64,000 nt of DNA from Octopus sinensis (taxonomy: Eukaryota), in NCBI RefSeq assembly GCF_006345805.1, contig NC_043002.1, positions 115,506,001 to 115,570,000 of the forward strand. Reading direction: 5' to 3'. The translations under genes and the position numbers were made by a program. This document shows positions 13,881 to 26,793 of this stretch, one piece after another. The notes beneath the pieces were generated by a model. It was given only the letters and a program-made list of their open reading frames with translations. It made no database searches and was not told the DNA's origin. Every line of letters begins with the position of its first letter. The stretch's first letter is position 1.

Positions 13881-15073
13881 CTATACACATACATATATAT
13901 GTACATCGGAAATAAATTTCTTCAAATGCCTGGGAGGTTTCTTAGAGGTAGGATATAGTAAGTTAGGTGATCTAATTAGCAATGGAAGAAGTTGTGAAAG
14001 TATTCTTTCTAGACTAGGATGGAGAAAGTTCAGAGAGCTCTTTTCTCTATTGGCAACAAAAGACCTCTCAGAGTGAAAGGTCATTGTATGATGCTTGTGC
14101 ATAAACAGCAATGCTGCATGGTAGTGAAACTTGAGCTGTAAAGGCAGAACACATGCAAAAGGCTTGAAAGAAATGACCCTAGCATATTCCAGATGTGCAA
14201 TGTTAGTGTGCATGTACAATAAAGTGTAAATGTGGTGAAATGAAAAACTCAGCATCAGGGGCATCAAATATAGTGTGCGCTGGCATGATGTGTATGGATG
14301 AGGACAGCTGTATAAAGTGCCAATCACTAAATGCAGATGGAACCTATAGAAAAGGGAGACTTAGGAAGAGATGGGATGCAATAGTGAAGAACGACATCCT
14401 GATGTTGAGCCTCACAGACATTACAAAGGTCCAAGATAATTAGTAATTTGCTGTGCTTGACAAGACCCATTCATCTAAGCAAAAATGAGGCCCTAAAGGA
14501 AGATCATTTATGCCACTACCTCACAACTCACTTTCCTAACACCCGCCCTCCCTTCATCCATGTTCACCAGTCACTACATTCCATTCTTCCCACTCTCGGA
14601 AACCTAACTATTCACTTACCCTGTCCACTTATATTCCCTTCCTGCAACTTGAGGATACAGTTCAATCCATCTTCACTCTCTCTTCCAACAGAAGTAGCCT
14701 CTACACCAAGATACCAATTTCTCTCCCTCTATCATACCTCTCATCACTTGGCACAAAGCCATCTCCCTCAATACTCCACCCACCCCCACCAAGTTGAGGA
14801 ATCTAATCTTGCAAGTTACTTGGTGACCCCATTAGTGCCATGTAAAAAGCACCTAGAACACTACATAAAGTGATTGGTGCTAGGAAGAGCATGCAGCTAA
14901 GGAAACCATGCCAAAGACAGTGGAATATGGCACAATCCTCTGGCTTGCCAGCTTTTGTCAAACTGCTCAAGCCATGCCAGCATGAAAAATGGATGTTAAA
15001 CAGTTATGATGATAAACCATACACATTTATTTCATTACATATATATATAGATATATAGATATATATACATAAT

Positions 15074-15275
15074 GTGACCTCGTGTGTACCGTTGGCAATT
15101 TTTTTCCCTCTGTCTTTCCTTCTCTGGATCTTTCCTTTTCCTATGTTTCTGACGAAGAGCTCCGCTCAAAACGTTAAACCCTCCTTCCTCCCTTAGCATC
15201 CAATAATACTATATTTGTTCCACATCCTCGCGTTGTTGTGTTTTCTCTTGGTGTTTTCATGTTTGGATTAACTAT
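15074..15275 (+). mobile_element. Penelope-like element pseudo-LTR fragment
   Basis: Contains the hammerhead-type CTGACGAAGAGCTCCGCTCAAAACGTT motif typical of PLE terminal repeats, between (TA)n tracts. Confidence 0.65.
15145..15179 (+). ncRNA. Minimal type I hammerhead ribozyme motif, G12 mutated to A (probably inactive)
   Basis: GUUU-CUGACGA-A-GAGC-UCC-GCUC-AAAA-CGUU-AAAC. Stem I is GUUU/AAAC, stem II is GAGC/GCUC and stem III is the palindrome ACGU. Confidence 0.65.
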
Positions 15276-16019
15276 ATACATATATATATGGTTTATGACA
15301 AGGGCATCTGGCTGTAGAAAATCTGCCTTAACAAATTCCATCTGACCCATGCATGGAAAAATGGATACTCAATGATTATGTCATTCATATACACCATATT
15401 TAGTAAGACTAAAATGATCTGTTTTTCATGCTGTCTTACTCTATATTTTATTTACATATAAAATTTTGCATCCTCACTATACACACATAGTCTTCCCACT
15501 GTGGTCATCACAACTGTATGTATCATTTTCCCAAGTGTCATCTGTATTGCTTTTTGACCTTTGTCTGATGAGATGAGTGTAAATCATATGTAATATGTTG
15601 TAATGATGGTAATGACAGAATAAATATAATACCAAAAACACCATTCTTGAACTTACTGCATTATACTCTATGACTAACAAATTCTCCCTGGAATTTTAGT
15701 TTGTACAAAATGGTTTGATTTAAAGAAGACTTTCCATTTCTATGCAGAATTAGTCAGCATCCACAGGAGTGCTGAGAAAACCACTTGGATTTCTAAATCC
15801 TCTTAATTCTGATAGATTATATATATATATAATCTATCAGAAACATACGCAAACACACAAAACATATATATGGTGAATATGTATATAGAGAGACAGGGAG
15901 AACTCATATGTAAACAACAAAAAATTAATCCACAGTAACTAAGAGTTCAATAACAAAAACTCCAACATATTATATTGTAGTAAAACCAAGTGGCACAAAC
16001 CTACATATACATACATAAT

Positions 16020-16724
16020 TCATCATCATCATCATCGTTTAACTTCCATTTTCTATGCTAGCATGGGTTGGACGGTTCAACTGGGGTCTGGGAAGCCAGA
16101 AGGCTGCGCCAGGCCCAGTCTGATCTGGCAGTGCTTCTACAGCTGGATGCCCTTCCTAACGCCAACCACTCCGTGAGTGTAGTGGGTGCTTTTTACGTGC
16201 CACCTGCACAGGTGCCAGACGAGGCTGGCAACGGCCACGTTCGGATTGTTCTCTTATGTGCCACCGGCACTGGTATCACAGCTACAATTTCCATTGATGT
16301 TGATCGATTTCGATTTTCACTTGCCGCAACAGGTCTTCACATGTAGGGTTTGTGTCACAAGAAGGAAAGTTATGCATAAGTGGACTCGCTACATCCCAGA
16401 TAGAGGCCACAGGTTATGGTCTCGCTTGTCCTGCTGGGTCTTCCCACGCACAGCATACTTCCAAAGGTCTCGGTCTCTGGTCATTTCCTCAGCGAGACCT
16501 AAAGTTCGAAGGTCGTGCTTCACCACCTTGTCCCAGGTTTTCCTGGGTCTACCTCTTCCACAGGTTCCCTCAACCGCTAGGGTGTGGCACTTTTTCACAC
16601 AACTATCTTCATCCATTCTCACTTCATGACCATACCAGCGCAAGCATCTCTCTTGCACACCACAACTGATGTTTCTTAGGTCCAACTTTTCTCTCAAGGT
16701 ACTTACACTGTCGAGTATGAACAC
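16020..16724 (-). mobile_element. 5'-truncated RTE LINE (ORF C-terminus plus 3' UTR)
   Basis: ORF-track 16389-16724 reads RLRWYGHEVRMDED...GRGRPRKTWDKVVKHDL...RDRDLW, an RTE C-terminus. It is followed by the (GAT)n-tailed 3' end. Confidence 0.88.
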
Positions 16725-16899
16725 TGTATGAACATGGCTAAAACAATCTTTAAGGGAAACATATTTAACAGAAAAACATTAATTTCACATACAGTTCAAA
16801 CATTATTCAACAGCTGTTTCGTTGAGATAATCATCAAGTGTAATTACACAATTGAGATACATAATTTAAAAGCCATTTACCCAAATCATCAGAAATATC

Positions 16900-17207
16900 G
16901 TGTGAAGCACCATCCGAACGTGGCCGTGGCCAGCGCTGCCTTAGCTGGCTTCCGTGCCGGTGGCACGTTAAAAGCTCCAACCGATTGTGGCCGATGCCGG
17001 ACCCTCCCTGGCACCTGTGCAGGTGGCACGTAAAAAGCACCCACTACACCCGCGGAGTGGTTGGCGTTAGGAAGGGCATCCAGCTATAGAAACTCTGCCA
17101 GATCAGACTGGAGCCTGGTGCAGCCTCCTGGTTTACCAGACCCCGGTCGAACCGTCCAGCCCGTGCTAGCGCGGAAAACGGACGTTAAACGATGATGATG
17201 ATGATGA
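16900..17207 (+). mobile_element. RTE 3' tail fragment, inverted relative to 16020-16350
   Basis: Same tail motif with a (GAT)n end. Confidence 0.8.
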
Positions 17208-17385
17208 ATGCAAATAACGAAACTATTAATGGTTTAAATACATACGCACACATGGATAACTACAAATATTCCATATAAATAAGAAACATATACACCATAC
17301 TTCATGCACACAAATACACCATACATACATCCAAATACACTATATATATACACCCCCACACACACATGTATATACAATATATACA

Positions 17386-17433
<48 letters not shown>

Positions 17434-18257
17434 TACCATATATACATCATACAAAAACCCTATAATTGAAGGAGCATGGCTTAGTGGTTAAGATTGTGGT
17501 TTTGATTCCATGACCAGACAATGTGTTGTATTCTTAAGTAAAACACTTCATTTACTATTACTCCAGTCCATTAAGCTGGGGGAAATGAGCAGTCCTGCAT
17601 CACATCCAGTGGGGCCAATTTATATGCTACAAAAACTGGGAAAACCGCCCTAAGTGTCAATATGACACATGAAGGAGCTTAATCCTTTTACATTCCCACT
17701 CTCACTTATTACAGTCACCTCTTTCCCCATCTCAAAGCATCTCCCTTCACATTTGCCTCTGAACCACCACTTCTACTTTCCCAATGTTCCCTGTGAGTAG
17801 GTCCTCATGCATCTCCAACACCATCTATCTTATTCTCTAACTCTCTCCTACCTCTCCTTTTCCTACTGGGGTAACCCAGCATTTCCTCCATAGTAAGACA
17901 CCTATCTGTATCCCTCTATTATATTCTAACTTCTCACTTGGAACAAACCAACTTCCCACAGTTCCACTCCCTCCCCCAGCTGAGGGGGTCTCTGTCTCGC
18001 AAGTTACTTGGTGACCCTGCTGGTGTTAGTGCCCTGCGTAAAGCACCTAGTACACTCGAAAGTGCTTCACATTAGGAAGGACATCAAGCCATAGAAACCA
18101 CACCAAAGAAGACAATGGAACCTTGTGCAGCTTTCCAGCTCCTGTTTGACCATCAAAATTATGCCAGCATGGAAGACAGACATTAAATGATCATGACGAT
18201 GATGATATATACATACATATATACACACACATACATACATACACACACATATTCCCC

Positions 18258-18306
<49 letters not shown>

Positions 18307-18583
18307 CTCATATTTTATTTTATACATATTCTTTTATTGCTTCAGTCATTTGACTGCGGCCATGCTGGAGCACCGCCTTAAGAGTTTTAGTTATTTGGCA
18401 ACTGGTGATGGTGTGTTTATGAGCCTATAACTTATCAGTTCGGTAAAAAAGACCGACAGAATAAGTACCAGGCTTAAAAAATTGAGTACTGGGTCGATTC
18501 ATTCAGGTAAAAATTTTTCAATTCAGTAGTGCCCCACCATGGCCGCAGTGTAATGACAAACATGTACAAGATAAACTACACCA

Positions 18584-18589
<6 letters not shown>

Positions 18590-18616
<27 letters not shown>

Positions 18617-18764
18617 CATACACACACAAAAAAAAAGATGAATATATATACACTCCAAATGTCATACACACATACATATTCTGTGTGTATATATATGTAT
18701 ATATATATAATATATATATATATTCATGTCCCATATATATATATATATATATTACACACATCCC

Positions 18765-18796
<32 letters not shown>

Positions 18797-19150
18797 CCAT
18801 ATATATATATATATATATATATTACACACATCCCATATATATATATATTATATATATATACACACATCCCATCCATATATATATATATATATATATCACA
18901 CATCCCATATTATATATATATATATAATATATACACAACATCCCATATATATATATATAGATATATATATATATATATATATAGAATAAGTACTGGGCTT
19001 ACAAAGAATAAGTCCCGGGGTCGATTTGTTCGACTAAAGGTGGTGCTCCCCATGGCCGCAGTGTAATGACAAACATGTACAAGATAAACTACACCATATA
19101 TATATATATACACACATCCATATATATATATATAATATATATATATATAA

Positions 19151-19188
<38 letters not shown>

Positions 19189-19286
19189 CATAGATACATG
19201 CACACCAAAAATACATGTATACAATATACACATTTTGTAAGATTTTTTTAAAACTTTACACGTACACACGGATACAAACATGTACA

Positions 19287-19329
<43 letters not shown>

Positions 19330-19625
19330 CATATACACATCTTTAAAATACAGAAACTTTATATGTATATTTTTAATACATATATACATACATTTTTAAT
19401 ATATATATATATATATACATACATTTTTAATATATATATATATATAAACACCAATCATGCGTATATATACACAAACTTACACACGGATACGAATATATAA
19501 GCACTTAAACTCACCATGTACACACGGATATAAATGTTATGTACATATACAGACTATATATATATATATATGTATGTATACAGAACCAATGCATGTAAAC
19601 ATCACATATATATGCGTATGAACAC

Positions 19626-19665
<40 letters not shown>

Positions 19666-19799
19666 CATTATATAATGTATACGTATGTACACACAATATA
19701 AGTATAAATATATATATTTATATATAAATATATATATATAGAAACAACTTTACATGTACACACGGATACAATCATTATACAGACGTACATATACAATCA

Positions 19800-19830
<31 letters not shown>
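18590..19830. repeat. Compound (TA)n/(CA)n microsatellite and minisatellite (unit about CACACATCCC(AT)n) with SINE 3' ends
   Basis: Seen directly in the sequence. Confidence 0.9.
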
Positions 19831-19831
<1 letters not shown>

Positions 19832-20240
19832 GTGTATGCAAATGATTCTATATATTTAAAACAAATTTCCAATCATTTGATAATTAGATGAGGAAAATGT
19901 GGAGGATATTTACAACCTGCCAACCTCTTACGAAGCATTTAGTGAGGATTCTCCCCATTTATGGGTTTTGAAAATAAAGAATATTTGAAAACAATGCGCT
20001 TAATAATAATAAAACGAAGAGTATTTACAATAAATTCATCCGAGGAAGCCAAGTGCCCGTCGAGACTGAAGCAGCAATCTATTATTTCGTGACTCGATGT
20101 CTCCGAGTACCGGGTACGTGTGCTCGCATTTAATAGTTTCACATCAAACTGAAGGACACTACAGCCTTGATTAATCCCCCAAGATAAATATGGATAATTA
20201 TTGATAAATAATTGGGAAATAAATGTCGATATGAACTCAC

Positions 20241-20322
20241 AGTGTTTCTCCAGTCTTGGCTACTTGCAGCAAGTACTGGTCCAATATAGGAGGAATCTCC
20301 TTATTTGCCTTGCGCTCCACTT
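20241..20322 (-). CDS. PPP4R2: PP4 regulatory subunit 2, coding exon 2 (82 nt; EVERKANKEIPPILDQYLLQVAKTGETL)
   Basis: Acceptor cccatttatccgcag and donor gtgagt, after a 99-nt intron 1. It contains the LDQYL..VAKTGET motif. The 82-nt length matches my recollection of human exon 2. Confidence 0.9.
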
Positions 20323-20421
20323 CTGCGGATAAATGGGAAACAAAGACGCGTATTAGATAACATATAACGACTGTCTGCTGTTAAATCGAATAAAGGGGTC
20401 AATAACGAATGGCATGCTAAC

Positions 20422-20458
20422 CAGTTAGTGCATCCAGTATAGCTTCTTGGTCTTCCAT
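20422..20458 (-). CDS. PPP4R2: PP4 regulatory subunit 2, coding exon 1 (MEDQEAILDALT, phase 1). An in-frame upstream ATG at 20491 would add MAQDVAFGVRI.
   Basis: ATG at 20458 in ATCATGG context and donor G|GTTAGC at 20421. Spliced to exon 2 it reads MEDQEAILDALTEVERKANKEIPPILDQYLLQVAKTGETL, which matches the PPP4R2 N-terminus as I recall it (human [39 protein letters not shown]). Confidence 0.87.
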
Positions 20459-21479
20459 GATTCGAACTCCAAAAGCAACGTCCTGCGCCATGTACAGTGA
20501 AAAATGGCGGTGTTGTTAGTCGAGTGACGTCATTTCCCTCTCAACCTCTCTCCGTTGTGAGACTCGGCTGCAAATCACGTTTGCCAAAAGGAACATTCCA
20601 AATAAATTCAGATAACCCAAGCCTTTGAAAAACAAACAACATATTATTTATCTTCTGATCAACAAATACCTTTTATTAAGAAAACGATATTTTATTTGCA
20701 GGATGGATGATATTAATAATCTCTTTCATAATCACTATTTTAAATATAATAGTATTCATAAATATAATTGGTATTCCCTATACATGAATGATAATTTTTA
20801 TTTAAATTTCATACGATGATGAATTTCGTCTCTCAAATGTTTTTTCGATCACCCTTGTCTTTCAAAACACATGGAAAGTAAATCTTGACTTCTCTCTTAA
20901 CTATGGAAGGCCAGTCGTCATTTTTTCAATGTTAAGACGAGTTCACTTATCTCCCTTTACAAAGACTGTCAACCCTGTTCTTACAATAAAATAGACTTGT
21001 TCCATTGTTAGGTGTGAGAGATTTCTTTTCATAAATGCATGTTTTTAATTAACATACATTTTCGTCAATTTTATATTTATTTTTAGAATATTATCTAAAT
21101 ATATAAATAAGTAAGCTCTCAGCAAACCAATTCCACGAATAATTTCAGTTCCCAATTGCTTTGTATATTCCCAAGTCGCAAATAGAAATACCTTTCATAA
21201 TAAACTTCGCAATTTTTTTTTCTTTTGCCCGGCCATAATTTAAACTTTTTTTCTGTCCATAAGAAATAAAGTTTTTAAATAAATTCCCAGCATACGCATT
21301 GGAAAATACATATGCTTGTATGTGTCTAACCAAACATTCTTTTTTGGGGGTTTTTTTATTGCTGCAAAGTTTATAGAAACATGGTTTAGGTTGCACATAT
21401 AAATGAATAAATAAAAATGTGAACTGCCTAAACCAAACACTTGACTGATCTAACGCACAGCCCCGCCCATTTAGAAATC

Positions 21480-21768
21480 AGGTGTAATCTGACAGCAGGC
21501 GACACACTTCCCTCGGTATACACGTTACTTATATTGTAAGTACTCGCTTCAACTGTGCAAAACTGTTTTTAATTCATTTTCTTCTACCAGCGAGAAGAAG
21601 AAAAGTTATACTAGAAGTAACCAATGTTGCAATTATTCTTTTAAACCAGGTGAGTTGTTTTAGTTTCTGACTTCAAAATATGTCTAATCTTTTAAAATAT
21701 GTTTTGTTACGATCTACTTGCAACACAATAAGAACAGGCTTGCGTAGACACTTAAGCTGGCTTCACAG
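21480..21768 (+). other. Probable non-coding first exon(s) of the plus-strand gene
   Basis: Strong donors CAG|GTGAGT at 21650 and CAG|GTAAGA at 21769, just downstream of the GC box. Further donor-like sites lie at 21536, 22503 and 22768. I see no coding frame here. Confidence 0.45.
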
Positions 21769-23542
21769 GTAAGAAACTTCAGAATTAATTTGTGAAGTTT
21801 TTAAAAAATTTATGTGGAATTATATTTCGGTTTAATTAAACTTGTAGGGAGTTTCTACTAAGTTCTTTTCTCTTTCATTTATTACTCTTTAAAAATCTCA
21901 TGAGTAACTATTTATCTAATAATTTTTGTTACACCTGTAAAACCTCAAATGATTTATTTTGACAAACAAAAATGAATAATCATAAGTTTTAAAAGACAAA
22001 GTGTTTGCATACAAATGTAACGCGATTACTTTCAAGCAACTCCCACCATAACTTGTCCTATAAGCTTTTATAAAGTTTTGTACTTTCTTATAAGTTTGAA
22101 TTAAATTCATCATGAAAACTTTTATTGTTTGCCGTCAAGTTCTCTTCGCTCTCTTTACAGATCTTCTCCCAAATAATATTTATACTTATTTACATAGAAA
22201 TATTGTTTAAAATTCACACAAATATATATTGTATATTCCATTGTGCTCCCTGAACAACTTTTAGAGCTTATTTTTGGAAAATAGCGATTATTATTACTTA
22301 ATTATGCTTAACCACGTATAAATGTTTAAAGAAGAAGAAAAGTTATGCTCATATCTTTTTTTTCTTTTTTCGTTCTCTGGTCATTTTTGCATCATTTTTT
22401 ATTTATTTTTACCACGTGTCAGATATCTCGGAAGAACACCTTCTGTTTGAGTGTGAAGCAAAGTATTATTTTCAATCAGATATCCGCATCAGTTTCGCGC
22501 AGGTACTGTGTTGTGGATTCGACCTATGCTCAAAAAAAGGTTGACACCCACTCTAATTACCTTTTAAAGAGCCAACGAGGAAGTATCTTTGTGATCGCTC
22601 AACCTGCTAGAAACTGATGCTAAATCTACCTCAAATCATATCGCAACGTTTGAAAAGGGGGAAAACAGTGGATAATGATATTCTAAATAGTCTTTAAACG
22701 ACAGGATTATCCTGTTTGTATTACTTTTGAACATAGCTCACTCCCATCAGGCGTGACAATATCGTAGGTAACTGAGGTACTTCTCGTGTTTTACCGGCTT
22801 CTTAGAAATGACAGCAACATCGCCTTCAATTTTTACCCATCTTAGAAAGGAAGTGCGATGTACCCCCTAAGACAAACACACATCATCATCATTATCAACG
22901 TCGTTTAACGTCCACTTTCCTTGCTTGCATGGGTTAGACGGAATTTGTTGCAGCAAATTTTCTATGGCGGGATGCCTTTTTTATTGCCAACACTCACTAG
23001 TTTCCAAGTAAGATAATATTTTCCCATGGCTAGACATAACATGGAAGATTAGATACGAACATCGCTTGTATGACATTGATGCTCATTTACAACCATCGCT
23101 TGATGTCAAAACAGAGCATGCACATTTATATGAAAGGTAGATTGCATTATGCTTCTGTACAGACAGCAATGCTACATAATGGTGAAATGACGGTACTGAA
23201 TGGCGAAGACATGAATATTAGAGCAGAATAACTAGTATACTCTGTTGGGTATGCAATGTCTGCAAACTGTTCAAGTGTTACCAGAAAAATTAGGCGTGAG
23301 GGCAATTAGATTGGTGTGCAATAGAAATGACTGCTAGTTTGTCCGTGTAATGTGTATGCATGAAGATAGCTGTATAAACAAGTACCTGGTGCTCAACAGG
23401 GAGATCTAAGAAGACACGGGATGAAGTGACGAAGGTTGATCTTAGGATGCTGAGCCTCGTGGAAGTGAGGACAAAGAAAACAAGATGGTTTGTGATTTTC
23501 TGTGCTCAAGAAGATCCATACACCACAGAAAAAAATGATGTC

Positions 23543-23770
23543 TTAACACTTTAGCATTCAAACTGGCCATATCCGGTCAAAATATTTAACCTATTTTATC
23601 TTCAGATCAGCCAGATATGGTCTTTCACACTTACCCTACATTGTCATTTTAAAAATAAACAATCCTATCATCTAAATCTCAAAGCTAGGTGATGGTGCGT
23701 GATCAATTCAAAATAATGCATATAGATAAGCATTAAACTTGACAAAGTAATCTGAATGGTAACCGGTTAA
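23543..23770. mobile_element. piggyBac-like MITE flanked by TTAA
   Basis: TTAACACTTTAGCATTCA...TGAATGGTAACCGGTTAA. A related copy lies at 29777-29998. Confidence 0.6.
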
Positions 23771-24457
23771 GAGCATTCTCTTTTATGCTTATAACCCATT
23801 CTGCTTTGTCATTCCATTTGTCCCCATTCTTCTATCCATGGCACTCTTTGGCAACTGATCACTTGAGGCCAGTATCAGCACATATTACTCCCGCCCCGCC
23901 CCCGCTTTCTTTGCACTATATTCTCCCCCACTGGAATCACTCCCATTAGTTTCCCTTCCTCAGCCACACTATTTTCACTGACCACCTTCTTTCTGAGCCC
24001 TCAGTTATCTCTCTTTCTTCCATTTTAACACCTCACATATCTGCTATCTTTCTCTACACCTTCTCATATCTGCCATCATGCCTTGCTCACTATAACTAGC
24101 CTCATGTGCCATACATCTCCTTCCAACACCTCACACATCATCCCCTTACCTTCTGATCTATTCTTCCTGAGTCACTTCCACCTCCCCCACCTTATATCTC
24201 TCCATACTGATGTTTCCCATCAACCTGCCTCCACCCTTGTTCATCACTCACTAGATTCACCTCTCTCCACCCTTTCCATAACCCACTGTTCATATCCTCC
24301 CTTATGATCACTTTCTTGACCCTTGAAAGTTTGTAGTGGCACTCTATCACTATTTTTATCTCCTCAACTATTTCCACCTACCCCAATATAATATGGAGTA
24401 GCATATATCTCCTCTTATAGCAACACACTATGCTCGTCCCTGTATCATACTTTAGCT

Positions 24458-26738
24458 CAGTGTTTCCCAAACTTTTCGTACTAAATTGCAATATCGCCCA
24501 CCTATCGGCTAAAAAATGCTCCATCGCCCACCTGTGTAAAAAAAACAAAAAAACAAACCCCTGACACAATCTCCATCCCCAACACAAAAACCCCCACCCA
24601 GTATCATTTGACACACACACACACTCTATCGTAGACTCGTTGCCCTGTTAGTGCCGTTTGGACTAAATATGTGGTTGTTTACAAATCCCTTATTGTGGGT
24701 TTAGTTTTGTCATTAGTGTCAATAAAATTCTAACGTTAACTCTATATTAAGCAGACAGATTAACTTCTGGGAATTTGCGCTTTCTTTTACACTGATTTTC
24801 ATTTTCCCCAGATGAACCACTGATCAGAATTACCGATGCAAAAATAATTAATGATTGTATTATAAAGGAAAATAACAATAGTTTTTAATGAGAACCATGT
24901 GTCTGGTGCGAGGCAGCTTGAGCAGATACATTCGGTTCCAAACTTTACAACTTTAGCCACACATCTCCTCGTTGTGTCGCATCCAGTCCAATTCTTTTAT
25001 GGGAAAGCAAAGTTCCAACATTATTAAAACCAGATTCAACCAGGTGTGAGGTAGGGAAGGCAAGCAAAAGTAATTTCAGCTGTTTCCACAGACTGGGGGT
25101 AGGAATTCAATATTCTCTGATGGTACCACAAACATTCTTTGCCATTATGACGTCATTGTCATTTTACAATTCTATGAATTCCTCCTGGACATCATCCTCG
25201 CAATCGACTTCAAACGGATTGCTATACCAATTTGGAATATTCAGCGCAATAACATCTTGAAATCGCTCCACCATGTTATCGTGCAATGATTGTAAATAGT
25301 TGCGATATGTAGTTAAATCCTCATCAACTAATTCATCTTTCAAAGAACCAAGTTGTGGAAATTGATGGAATTGACATTTTGAAATGTTAGTCTTAACACC
25401 AATTTCGAAATGAAGGTAGTGGTAAATGATTTACAACCGAGAGTTTTTCTGTTTTTTTGCAATCACTTATTCAAATAATCTAATTTTGTGAGTATATCGC
25501 ACCTTGCAGCCATCAATGAAGCGGATAGTGAAACATTTTCAAAGAAAAAGATACATAAAATAGTTCAACAAAGCGTAGTTTCCTTTTGACAGCCACCGCA
25601 CTTCGGTATGATATAAGAGTTTAGTATGATCCTCGTTATTTCTCAGACAGAATTGACAGAAAATTCGATCAGACAAGGGACTGGACTTCAATTTGTTCAC
25701 AGTCTTGGTAACTAACTGTAGCGCATCACTCAATTTACTGTTCATATTTTTTGCCACTAAATGCTGCCGGTGTGCCAAGCAATGAACAGTTAGTATCTGG
25801 TGGGAAATTTCACGCTTTAGGAGAGATGAAAAACCTTTGTCATCTTCCAATCGTCGAAGGGGCGCCACCAGACGCACAGGCAAGAATATTACTGAGTGGG
25901 ATATTATGTTCAAAAAGGAAAGACTTTAGAGTGTGAAAAATAGTTACACCTTTTGAATCAAGCAACAATTTCTCTGTGAACAGCATTTCCTCACAAAGTT
26001 GAAGGTCTTCGCTGAAATACCGAACATACACCATCATTAAACATTGATTGTCAACAACAGTTGATTCATCCACTTGTATAGAAAATTCAGAACCCTGGAG
26101 AATATTAATGAGCTGATGTTTGACATCGTTGGCCATTTCATCGATGCGTCGAGAAATTGTGTTATTACCAAATGGGATCTTTTTCATAATGCTATCGGGA
26201 TTTTCGTGCATAACGGTTGACAAAACCTCTTCGATAACTGGGCGAAGTAATATTTCTCCAATTGTGTGAAACTTTGCAGACTTAGCAACATGCAACCAAC
26301 CCGTCATTCTCCTGTTTACTAGTTTCCTGGAGTAGCGTGTTCAATGTTTGTATTTCTTTTTGAAAGAGGAGCTCAGTTGCAAAAAGTATGACAACGGCTT
26401 GTCCTTCTTGTTAGAATGCTTTGCATCAAAGTGATACTTCAAGCGTGAAGGTTTCATTGCTTCCTTGGTCAATGTTTGATGGCAAAAAAGGCATTTTGGT
26501 AACCGAGTTCTGAGGAGAGGGAATACATCCAAACGATAAATAACCACTTCTGTACTTTTACTTGTTTCAGTCATTTGACTGTGTCCATGCTGGAGCACCG
26601 CCTTTAGTCGAGCAAGTCGACCCCAGGAATTTGTAAGCCTAGTACTTATTCTATCGGTCTCTTTTGCCGAACCGCTAAGTTACGGGGACGTACACACACC
26701 AGCATCTGTTGTCAAGTGATGTTGGGGGGACAAACACG

Positions 26739-26793
<55 letters not shown>

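Larger units (their letters stand above)
19940..22870. promoter_or_regulatory. CpG-retaining divergent (head-to-head) promoter region between PPP4R2 and the plus-strand gene
   Basis: CpG is visibly more frequent than in the flanks. Motifs: YY1-type AAAATGGCGG at 20501-20510, perfect CRE TGACGTCA at 20525-20532, GC box CCCCGCCC at 21461-21468 and E-box CACGTG near 22413. Confidence 0.65.

Noticed and set aside
15477-15680. 67-aa minus ORF with an acidic tail
   Set aside because: It has no similarity to PPP4R2 or any domain I know, and no convincing flanking splice sites.
16760-16900. C/D snoRNA (TGATGA boxes on the minus strand)
   Set aside because: There is no properly placed CTGA D box or terminal stem.
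1-20240. PPP4R2 exon 3 and later
   Set aside because: I searched for a phase-2 (F/Y)PW...KLE.V..F exon and found none. The only FPW hit (near 8955) belongs to the RTE RT. The later exons are probably outside the window.
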